Translations under genes and position numbers: made by a program
NCBI GenBank assembly: GCA_902800645.1
Contig: CADCFC010000001.1
Location: 31,985 to 95,984 of the forward strand
Direction of reading: 5' to 3'
Length of the DNA stretch: 64,000 bases
From: an uncultured Erysipelotrichaceae bacterium
Lineage (GTDB): Bacteria; Bacillota_I; Bacilli_A; RFN20; CAG-826
Part shown: piece by piece, positions 20,451 through 28,064 of the stretch
Position numbering within the stretch: position 1 is the first letter of the stretch
Layout: every line of letters begins with the position of its first letter
Notes under the pieces: generated by a model
Database searches by the model: none
Told to the model about the DNA's origin: nothing
The model's input: the letters and a program-made list of their open reading frames with translations, nothing else

Positions 20451-20645
20451 TTACTTTACGATGAGATACTTAACTCTCTTGTAGTCGGTCTTGTGTAAAG
20501 ACGCGCCTTTCATTAAGTGTCTCTTTTGTTTTGTGGTTTTGTGTGGGGCTAAATGTGATGTATAAGCGTGATGTCTAGTGACTTTTCCGCTGCCAGTGAC
20601 TTTAATTCTTTTCATTAAAGCACGTTTGCTTTTCATTTTTGGCAT
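20451..20645 (-). CDS. rpmI: 50S ribosomal protein L35
   Basis: 64 aa, [22 protein letters not shown].... Confidence 0.95.
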   Translation of the reverse strand: MPKMKSKRALMKRIKVTGSGKVTRHHAYTSHLAPHKTTKQKRHLMKGASLHKTDYKRVKYLIVK

Positions 20646-20657
20646 ATGATTTTCCTC

Positions 20658-21209
20658 CTACTTTCTTTTTGGTGCTAATATAGCGATCATCCAGCGACCT
20701 TCTATTTGTGCAGGTTTTTCAATTTGCACAGCGTCGCCTAATAATTCGATGAATTTATTCAAGGCCTCTTCTCCAACCTCTAAGTGAGTCATTTGACGTC
20801 CTCTAAATCTAACGCCGACTTTAATTTTGTTTCCTTGTTCAAGGAACTTAGTTGCAGCACGGGCTTTAGTTTCCATATCGTGAATACCGATTTGTGGAGT
20901 TAATTGAATTTCTTTCACTTCAATCTTCACTTGGTTTTTACGATTTTCTTTGGCCTTCTTTTGTTGTTCATAACGGTATTTACCGTAATTAAGAATCTTA
21001 CAAACTGGTGGAGTAGCAGTTGGGGCAACACAGAATAAATCGAGATTATATTCATTTGCCTTTAATTGTGCTTCTCTAGAAGACATGACGCCTAATTGTT
21101 CTCCTTCAGGTCCGATTAAACGAACTTGTGGGAATCTGATTAATTCATTAATCAACTCTTTTGGTTGGTTTGGCTTTTTGCCATAGTTTTGGTCTTGGAT
21201 AACTATCAT
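20658..21209 (-). CDS. infC: Translation initiation factor IF-3
   Basis: The conserved IF3 N- and C-domains are present (VRLIGPEGEQLGV..., PPVCKILNYGKYRYEQQKK...). The start is uncertain. The TTG at 21239 in the ORF track lies inside the attenuator hairpin, the ATG at 21209 abuts GGAG with zero spacing, and an ATC at 21200 has 9-nt spacing (see findings). Confidence 0.9.
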   Translation of the reverse strand: MIVIQDQNYGKKPNQPKELINELIRFPQVRLIGPEGEQLGVMSSREAQLKANEYNLDLFCVAPTATPPVCKILNYGKYRYEQQKKAKENRKNQVKIEVKEIQLTPQIGIHDMETKARAATKFLEQGNKIKVGVRFRGRQMTHLEVGEEALNKFIELLGDAVQIEKPAQIEGRWMIAILAPKRK

Positions 21210-21330
21210 CTCCTTTTGTTTTAAATAAAACGGATGCAAGCGAATTGCACCCGTACTAATCTTAACCCCTAGATTTGTAGTAATGAGCCAACCAATATAT
21301 TAATCGATCTGGCGAGAAGCGGGTGCCTCT
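21210..21330 (-). promoter_or_regulatory. L20-leader-like transcription attenuator upstream of infC-rpmI-rplT
   Basis: On the - strand there is a 10-bp terminator hairpin ACGGGTGCAA-ttcgc-TTGCATCCGT followed by TTTTATTT (21222-21254), just before the infC RBS. An upstream GCACCCG (21320-21326) is complementary to the terminator left arm CGGGTGC and could act as an antiterminator. Attenuation by an L20 leader at this operon is established in Bacillus. Confidence 0.5.
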
Positions 21331-21423
21331 ACTTTCTACCTATTTATTTGCGTTAATAATGTTACATTAGTTAACTAATGATGTCAAAGAATTATTTAAA
21401 ATAATATTAAAATCGTTTAAGCA

Positions 21424-21448
21424 AAATAAAAGGACCCTTGTGGTCCTT
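21424..21448 (-). terminator. Intrinsic terminator of thrS
   Basis: On the - strand: AAGGACC-acaag-GGTCCTT followed by TTATTTT, about 25 nt after the thrS stop. Confidence 0.6.
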
Positions 21449-21470
21449 GATTTGAATAGTTCTGCTTTAA

Positions 21471-23231
21471 TTAGCGAGCCTTAGATTCGACTTCTTTTCT
21501 AACAATCTCTAAGAACTCATCAACAGGAACTGTGATTTGATCTTTTTGTCCGTGTTTACGGTAAGTGACGGTTTTGTTGTCGCGTTCATTATCACCGATA
21601 ACAATGGTGTAAGGAATCTTACGAACTTGAGTGTTTCTAAGTCTATAACCAAGCTTCTCGTTAGCGTCATCTTTTTCAACACGAATTCCTTTAGATTGCA
21701 TTAACCTATAAAGTTCATCCGTGTATTCGAGATGGAATTCATTATTAACTGGTAATAACATTACTTGAACAGGGGCGAGCCAAGTAGGGAAAGCACCTGC
21801 ATAATTTTCGATAATCATACCAGTGAATCTTTCAATAGATCCTAAACAAGCGCGGTGGATCATAATTGGAGTTTTCTTTTCTCCATCTTTATCGATATAG
21901 AAGCAATCAAATCTTCCTGGGAGATTCATATCGAGTTGAACTGTACCACATTGCCAAGTTCTTCCCATTGAGTCTTTAAGTTTGAAATCAAGTTTAGGGC
22001 CATAGAAAGCTCCATCCCCTGGATTAATCTTAAATTCCTTACCACTTCTTTGACAGACATCAGCGAGAATTGCTTCACTTCTGTTCCAAATATTGATATC
22101 CCCAATATAACCTTCTTCTGGTCTAGTTGAGAGTTCGATACGATAATCTAATCCAAAGACATTATAGATTTCATCATATAGCTTTAAGATTGAAACAATT
22201 TCGTCTTCAATTTGATCTTCTCTAACGTAAGTATGTGCATCATCTTGAGTGAAACTACGAACTCGGAATAATCCGTTAAGCGCTCCGCTAGCTTCATGAC
22301 GATGAACTAATCCTAATTCAGCATAACGAAGTGGCAAATCTTTATATGAGTGGAGTTGATTCTTGTAAACAAGAATACTACCAGGACAGTTCATTGGTTT
22401 AATCGCAAAATCTCTATCATCGATTTTAGTGGTGTACATATTTTCTTGATAGTGATCCCAGTGTCCTGAAGTCTCCCATAATTCACGAGATAAAATGATT
22501 GGAGTGTTAATGAATTGGTATCCATATCTAGTGTGAACTTCTCTCCAATATTTTTTAAGTTCTTCTAGCATTGTCATTCCATTAGGAAGCCAGAATGGGA
22601 AGCCAGGTCCATATTCAGAAAGCATAAATAAGCCGAGTTGACGACCTAAAACACGGTGGTCTCTCTTTTTTCTTTCTTCAAGATCTTGTAAATGCTTTTC
22701 TAAATCAGCAGCAGTAAACCAGCTTGTACCATAAATTCTTACAAGCATCTTGTTTTTAGAGTCGCCTCTCCAATAGGCGCCCGCTAAATTTAATAATTTA
22801 AAGTATTTAATTTGACCAGTGGTGAGTAGATGTGGACCACGGCATAAATCTGTAAATTTCCCTTGAGTGAAGATTGTGATATCTTCATCAATATCTTTGA
22901 TAAGTTCTACCTTATATGGATTAGAAGCAAATCTTTTAAGCGCTTCTTCTTTTGGCAAAACTTCTCTTACGATTCTCTCATCTTTAGAAGAGAGTTCGTG
23001 CATTTTCTTTTCGATTTTTACTAAATCGTCTTCTGTGATTGGTTCTTTAAAATCGATGTCATAATAGAAACCTTCATCGATTGCTGGTCCAAATCCGAAT
23101 AGGGCATCTGGATATAATTCTTGAATAGCCTCCGCGAGTAAGTGGCTTGTTGAGTGATTTAATACTTCAAAAGCTTCTTTACTATTTTTTTCGATTTCAA
23201 CGATCGAACCGTCATGTTGTTGAATTTTCAT
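21471..23231 (-). CDS. thrS: Threonyl-tRNA synthetase
   Basis: Class II aaRS with TGS, editing, catalytic and anticodon domains. I set the start at the ATG at 23231 (MKIQQHDGS), which has GGAGGAAGG 6-14 nt upstream. Confidence 0.95.
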   Translation of the reverse strand: MKIQQHDGSIVEIEKNSKEAFEVLNHSTSHLLAEAIQELYPDALFGFGPAIDEGFYYDIDFKEPITEDDLVKIEKKMHELSSKDERIVREVLPKEEALKRFASNPYKVELIKDIDEDITIFTQGKFTDLCRGPHLLTTGQIKYFKLLNLAGAYWRGDSKNKMLVRIYGTSWFTAADLEKHLQDLEERKKRDHRVLGRQLGLFMLSEYGPGFPFWLPNGMTMLEELKKYWREVHTRYGYQFINTPIILSRELWETSGHWDHYQENMYTTKIDDRDFAIKPMNCPGSILVYKNQLHSYKDLPLRYAELGLVHRHEASGALNGLFRVRSFTQDDAHTYVREDQIEDEIVSILKLYDEIYNVFGLDYRIELSTRPEEGYIGDINIWNRSEAILADVCQRSGKEFKINPGDGAFYGPKLDFKLKDSMGRTWQCGTVQLDMNLPGRFDCFYIDKDGEKKTPIMIHRACLGSIERFTGMIIENYAGAFPTWLAPVQVMLLPVNNEFHLEYTDELYRLMQSKGIRVEKDDANEKLGYRLRNTQVRKIPYTIVIGDNERDNKTVTYRKHGQKDQITVPVDEFLEIVRKEVESKAR

Positions 23232-23286
23232 AATTACCTTCCTCCACAATACAATAGTGGGCTAAATATATTTTTACTAAATGTTA

Positions 23287-24246
23287 CTATTGTAACATGT
23301 TAATAAGTGATAATAAGTTTTCGTGCGTATCTCTTTCCATTGAGAGAGCTTCTTGAATGTCGATTGGAATGATGTCTTCGTCAACGGAGCCGATTACTTT
23401 ACCATATTCTCCGTTTAATAAGCATTCAACTGCTTTTGCTCCCATTCTGCTAGCAAGAATTCTATCAAACGCACATGGAGCGCCTCCTCTTTGAAGGTGA
23501 CCAAGGATTTCTACATTAGTGTCAAAACCAGTGCTGTATTGAATCTTTTTGGCGAGTTCTCTAACATCGAGAAGGTTTTCACTGACAATCACAATGGCGT
23601 GGCCCTTCTTTTGGGCTTTTAATTTTCTTAATTTTTTGAAGATATGTTCTTCGTCATATGGGTGATCAAAGGTGATGGTAAGTTCTGCAGCTTCAGCGAT
23701 AGAAGAATAAACCGCTAAGTCACCGCAGTGACGTCCCATAACTTCGATAACGCTACAGCGTTGATGTGAGGTTGATGTATCTTTGATTTTATCAACGCAG
23801 TCACAAATTGTATTTAATGCAGTCATGAATCCGATTGTATAATCTGTTGAAGCGACATCGTTATCAATACTTCCAGGAATACCAACAACAGGATAGCCTA
23901 ATTTATGTAAATCAAGTAATCCGCGATATGTTCCATCTCCACCGATTCCAACTAAAGCGTCGATATCAAAATCTCTTAATCTTTCGATTGCTTTCTTTTG
24001 GACTTCGAGTTCTTTGAATTCTGGAAGTCTAGAACTTCTTAAGATTGTTCCTCCGCGGTTAATAATGTCTTGGGTGAATTCTTTATTAACTTGGTGGATG
24101 TTTCCTTCGATAAGTCCTTTATATCCATCATAGATAACAAACATTTCTTTTCCTTGATATAAACCGGCTCTAATTACCGCTCTTACAGCGGCATTCATTC
24201 CTGGAGCGTCGCCTCCGCTCGTCAATACTGCAATTTTTCTAATCAT
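23287..24246 (-). CDS. pfkA: ATP-dependent 6-phosphofructokinase
   Basis: 319 aa with TSGGDAPGMNAA, GGDGT and PGSIDND motifs. Confidence 0.9.
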   Translation of the reverse strand: MIRKIAVLTSGGDAPGMNAAVRAVIRAGLYQGKEMFVIYDGYKGLIEGNIHQVNKEFTQDIINRGGTILRSSRLPEFKELEVQKKAIERLRDFDIDALVGIGGDGTYRGLLDLHKLGYPVVGIPGSIDNDVASTDYTIGFMTALNTICDCVDKIKDTSTSHQRCSVIEVMGRHCGDLAVYSSIAEAAELTITFDHPYDEEHIFKKLRKLKAQKKGHAIVIVSENLLDVRELAKKIQYSTGFDTNVEILGHLQRGGAPCAFDRILASRMGAKAVECLLNGEYGKVIGSVDEDIIPIDIQEALSMERDTHENLLSLINMLQ

Positions 24247-24314
24247 AATAAAAATCCTTTGCTATTATAATAGCACTATCATTTTTCTACTCAAAAACAT
24301 TTTATAAAAATCTT

Positions 24315-24412
24315 TTTTCCACAATTTTAAATGTGGATAACTCCCAACAGAGACTCAATTACTTAATGATTTATACTAAGTATAAATCTTTATATAGTGT
24401 GAATGTGGATAA
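24315..24412. promoter_or_regulatory. DnaA-box cluster in the pfkA / dnaB-dnaI divergent intergenic region
   Basis: TTTTCCACA (24315-24323) has one mismatch to TTATCCACA and faces a perfect TGTGGATAA (24332-24340) across an 8-nt AT spacer. A second perfect TGTGGATAA lies at 24404-24412. Confidence 0.6.
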
Positions 24413-24502
24413 CTTTTATAGTCAAAAAAATCGCAATTTTATTCATTGAATAGTTTGTTTTTTAGGTTCATAATTGACCTCAAAAGTAGGGGGTAAGGAA
24501 GT

Positions 24503-25780
24503 ATGGTTATTTTATCGACAGGTGATATGTTTGACATCAAAGTTGCTTCTTTACTCGCTGATTATGATCGCGATACGATTACGAATTTATATCAACCAAT
24601 TATTGGTCATACTGCTTTAGCGGTTTATTTCACCTTCTGGAGTGAAGCTAAAAATCAAAGAGTAATCTCTATGAGTAGTCATGAACAGCTTTTAGTAAGG
24701 ATGAAAATTGCAACCGGCGAATTTGTTGACGCAAGAAAAGCTCTTGAAGCAGTGGGATTACTTAAAACTAGATTAGAAAAAGTTAACGGATTTTCTATCT
24801 ATCATTACGAATTGATTCCTCCTAAATATCCAAACAAGTTCTTTAATGACACTTTATTATATGGATTACTAATCCAGTATTTAGGCGAAAACGAAGCGAA
24901 TAGAATTAAAAGAGTCTATGAAACTCAAGAAGTCAGTCAAGTTGGAGATGATATCTCTTCTTCCTTTAATGATGTCTTCCATCCTGATTTTGAAGATGCA
25001 GCATTTTTACTTGCTTCGACTAAAGTAGATAAAACAATCGGAAGAAAGAAATCTAAGATTGACACTGAATTTTCTTATGAGAAATTCTTTGCTTCTTTAG
25101 CGGAAGTTAGTCAGATTAATCAAAACGCATTAACTAAAGCTGAAATTAAAGAGATTGAAAGATTATCCACTTTATACGGAGTTAGTGAAGAAGTCGCTGC
25201 GGAAAAAGCCGCTAATTGTTATATTGCCGAAAACTCTAAAGGTAAAAGGCTTGACGTTGAACAATTTAATAAAGATTTAAGAAATGAGATCAATTACGGT
25301 CTTAGAAATGTCAAAAAGACTAGCAAGGGTAAGAATAATGTTTTTGGTGAAGATGGATTAGCCGCTAAAGTTAAACTATATGAAACCGCTTCTCCTGAAA
25401 AGGTATTAAGTTTATTACAAAATGGCACTAAACCCGCTAGTGCAGATTTAAATATCATCCGTTCTTTAGCAGAAGATTATCATTTAGAGAACCCTGTGAT
25501 ATCCGTTATTATTGATTTTGCTTTGCAAATGAACAATAACGTCCTCTCTAAATATAGCGTTGAAAAAATTGCTAGCTCTGTTAGCAGAGAAGGAATTGAA
25601 ACCGCGATTGATGCGATGGATTATTTAAATAAAAATTACGCAAGTAAAAGAAACAAAAAGAATTACAACAACAAACAAACTAGTGTTTCTCTTGAGAATA
25701 AAACTGAGTCAAGTGATAATAATTCTAGTGAGATGAGTGAAGAAGATATTGATGAGCTCCTCTCTATCTTCTCAAATTAA
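24503..25780 (+). CDS. dnaB: Replication initiation/membrane attachment protein DnaB (Firmicute helicase-loading DnaB, DnaD-like domains)
   Basis: 425 aa. The N-terminus (DRDTITNLYQPIIGHTALAVY) resembles the B. subtilis DnaB N-terminal region. It is followed by dnaI. A GGGGGTAAGGAAG RBS is present. Confidence 0.75.
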   Translation: MVILSTGDMFDIKVASLLADYDRDTITNLYQPIIGHTALAVYFTFWSEAKNQRVISMSSHEQLLVRMKIATGEFVDARKALEAVGLLKTRLEKVNGFSIYHYELIPPKYPNKFFNDTLLYGLLIQYLGENEANRIKRVYETQEVSQVGDDISSSFNDVFHPDFEDAAFLLASTKVDKTIGRKKSKIDTEFSYEKFFASLAEVSQINQNALTKAEIKEIERLSTLYGVSEEVAAEKAANCYIAENSKGKRLDVEQFNKDLRNEINYGLRNVKKTSKGKNNVFGEDGLAAKVKLYETASPEKVLSLLQNGTKPASADLNIIRSLAEDYHLENPVISVIIDFALQMNNNVLSKYSVEKIASSVSREGIETAIDAMDYLNKNYASKRNKKNYNNKQTSVSLENKTESSDNNSSEMSEEDIDELLSIFSN

Positions 25781-25782
25781 AA

Positions 25783-26682
25783 ATGGAAAGATTTAAAGTT
25801 AAAAACGAAATTATTATTGATAAGTCCACAGTGAAAGAGATGGAGGATGAAGTTTTTTCTAATCTCAAAGCCCTGAAGTATTTAAAAACTTTGGGAATGA
25901 GTGATGAAGTTATCAAAGATAACATCTCTAAAATTTACGACTTTGCAGTCGATATGAAAAACTGCAAAGACTGTAAAGGCCTTTCCTCATGCAATAAAGA
26001 AGTTAAACACTTAGTTAATTCGGTTACTTATGAAGATGGAGTGGTGGAACGTCACCTCATTCCATGTAAGAAATATTTGGAATTCACTAATTTTAAACAA
26101 AGATTAGTTGCGTATGATTTTCAAGAAGAATGGCTCACTAATACGATGAAAGATGTTTCTAATATTAGAAGCAAACCAAAAATTGAAATCCTTAGAAAAT
26201 ATAGTTTTGTGATTAAAGGTGAATCCAAAGAATGGATTTATATTAAAGGTGGAATCGCAACTGGAAAGTCATTTTTAGCTGCAGTTTTAGCTATTGAAGC
26301 CGCTAAAAGCAATGATTTTAATAGCGTGGCCTTTATGAATGTGCCACTTCGCTTTAAAGAATTATCAGATATGCTCTTTACTAAAAATCCAAAGTTTAAT
26401 GATGAAATTGAAAAATATAAAAATGTCGATTTCTTAGTGCTTGATGATTTTGGAAATGAATTTAAATCTGATTTTGTTAGAGACAATATCTTATTCCCTA
26501 TTCTTTCCCATAGAGTAAGAGAAAGATTATTCACTATAATTACAAGTAATTATTCTATTGATGACTGTGCCTCAATGTATGAGACATCGAAAGTCAGCAA
26601 ACCAAAAATCGAGCAGATTAGATCCATGCTCGATTCGATGTGTAAGAAAGAAATTACTTTAAACGATCCTTCACTTCTTTAA
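25783..26682 (+). CDS. dnaI: Primosomal helicase loader DnaI
   Basis: 299 aa with an N-terminal Cys cluster (CKDCKGLSSC...PC), AAA+ Walker A (GGIATGKSFLAAVLA) and Walker B (FLVLDDFGNE). Confidence 0.8.
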   Translation: MERFKVKNEIIIDKSTVKEMEDEVFSNLKALKYLKTLGMSDEVIKDNISKIYDFAVDMKNCKDCKGLSSCNKEVKHLVNSVTYEDGVVERHLIPCKKYLEFTNFKQRLVAYDFQEEWLTNTMKDVSNIRSKPKIEILRKYSFVIKGESKEWIYIKGGIATGKSFLAAVLAIEAAKSNDFNSVAFMNVPLRFKELSDMLFTKNPKFNDEIEKYKNVDFLVLDDFGNEFKSDFVRDNILFPILSHRVRERLFTIITSNYSIDDCASMYETSKVSKPKIEQIRSMLDSMCKKEITLNDPSLL

Positions 26683-28063
26683 GGATTTGTTTAATCTGTT
26701 TTTCTAACTCTTTTTTATCTCCGTTATTATCAATAAGGTATGTCGCCTTATTTTTATTTTCGTCGATTTTATTTGTCTTATTAATCTCTAAAAGATACTG
26801 AGCTTTATTTTTGTCTCTAGAGGTTAATCTTTCAAGCTGTTTTTCTTTACTAATATCTACGACTATAATGGTGTCAAAATAGTGGTCTAGTTTAGCTTCA
26901 AATAATAAAGGAACTTCCACAACACGAATTGGATTAATTTCATTATTTAAGAAGTTAACTATTTCTTTCTCCACTAGTGGGTGAACGATCTTCTCTAATT
27001 TCCTTTTATCTTTAGGATTTAAGAGCAAATGGTCTCTTAGAGAATCTCTATCAACGATTTTGCCTTTAAAATTAATATGTAGTGTTTTTGAAATTAAATC
27101 TTTGACTGATTCTTTTTCATATAATTCTTTTACGATGAGATCGCTACTAATGGAAGAAGCACCAAGCTCTTTAAATAGCTTAGTAGCAAGAGACTTTCCA
27201 GAAGCGATTTTTCCAGTTAAGGCGATATTAATTGGCGCGCCTTTTTTCTTCTGACAAGTAGGACAAAATGTAGTGCCTCTTCCTCCTACTTTTATAAATC
27301 TAAAAGTGCTACCACAAATCGGACACTTTTCGCCTTCTTTTCCATATATTTTAATTCTTGTTTGGAAAGATCCATCTACCCCTTTTCCTGGGTGATAACT
27401 TTTAATGGTGGATCCGCCCATTTCGATTGCGATATTTAGTATCTTTTTAGCGTTATCAATTATACTTTCCCATTCCTCTACACTAATTTTATTAGCGGGA
27501 GTTAATGGATGAATTTTACTTGCATAAAGAGTTTCGTCTACGTAGATATTACCAAGTCCCGTTATTAGAGTTTGATCTAATAATGTAGTCTTAATAGGTT
27601 TCTTGCTATTTTTTACTTTGTTCATGATGCCTTTAACATCGTTAACATAGAAAGGTTCTGGTCCTAGTTTAGCGAGCATTTTTTCTTTTAAATAAGAGGA
27701 TTCAGTTGCTAATTTCATAATTCCAAAAGCGCGACTATCGTCATAGCAAAGTTTATGGCCATCAGTGAAATGAAAAACAACTTTCGCGTATTTTGAATCG
27801 CTTTCATTTTCTAAATATTCATAATACTTTCCTTCCATTCTTAAATGAGAAATAATGACTTTGTCATTAGTTAAGTGGAAGATGAGATATTTTCCTTTTC
27901 TAGAGACATCTAAAAATGTTTCTCCAATAAGTTTAGAGATAAATTCATCCTTATCTCCTTCAATTGTTAAAGAGCGATAGACATCAATTTTTTTAATCGT
28001 CTTATTTTTAACAATTGGGATTAAGACATTTTTAATTGTTTCTACTTCTGGTAATTCAGGCAT
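26654..28063 (-). CDS. mutM/coaE: Fused formamidopyrimidine-DNA glycosylase (Fpg/MutM) and dephospho-CoA kinase (CoaE)
   Basis: The N-terminal MPELPEVETI provides the catalytic Pro2. The H2TH and the zinc finger CPICG...CPTCQ run in frame straight into a CoaE P-loop (INIALTGKIASGKS) and a CoaE-like C-terminus (IVHPLV, EVPLLFEA). I set the start at the ATG at 28063, 1 nt after the polA stop. Confidence 0.8.
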   Translation of the reverse strand: MPELPEVETIKNVLIPIVKNKTIKKIDVYRSLTIEGDKDEFISKLIGETFLDVSRKGKYLIFHLTNDKVIISHLRMEGKYYEYLENESDSKYAKVVFHFTDGHKLCYDDSRAFGIMKLATESSYLKEKMLAKLGPEPFYVNDVKGIMNKVKNSKKPIKTTLLDQTLITGLGNIYVDETLYASKIHPLTPANKISVEEWESIIDNAKKILNIAIEMGGSTIKSYHPGKGVDGSFQTRIKIYGKEGEKCPICGSTFRFIKVGGRGTTFCPTCQKKKGAPINIALTGKIASGKSLATKLFKELGASSISSDLIVKELYEKESVKDLISKTLHINFKGKIVDRDSLRDHLLLNPKDKRKLEKIVHPLVEKEIVNFLNNEINPIRVVEVPLLFEAKLDHYFDTIIVVDISKEKQLERLTSRDKNKAQYLLEINKTNKIDENKNKATYLIDNNGDKKELEKQIKQILKEVKDRLK

Positions 28064-28064
28064 A

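Noticed and set aside
24247-24502. Could the DnaA-box cluster be the chromosomal origin (oriC)?
   Set aside because: There are only three boxes. No dnaA or dnaN is adjacent, and the flanking genes do not show a clean leading-strand orientation switch because strands alternate throughout the window. A transcriptional DnaA-binding site is the more economical reading. GC-skew and the dnaA location would settle it.
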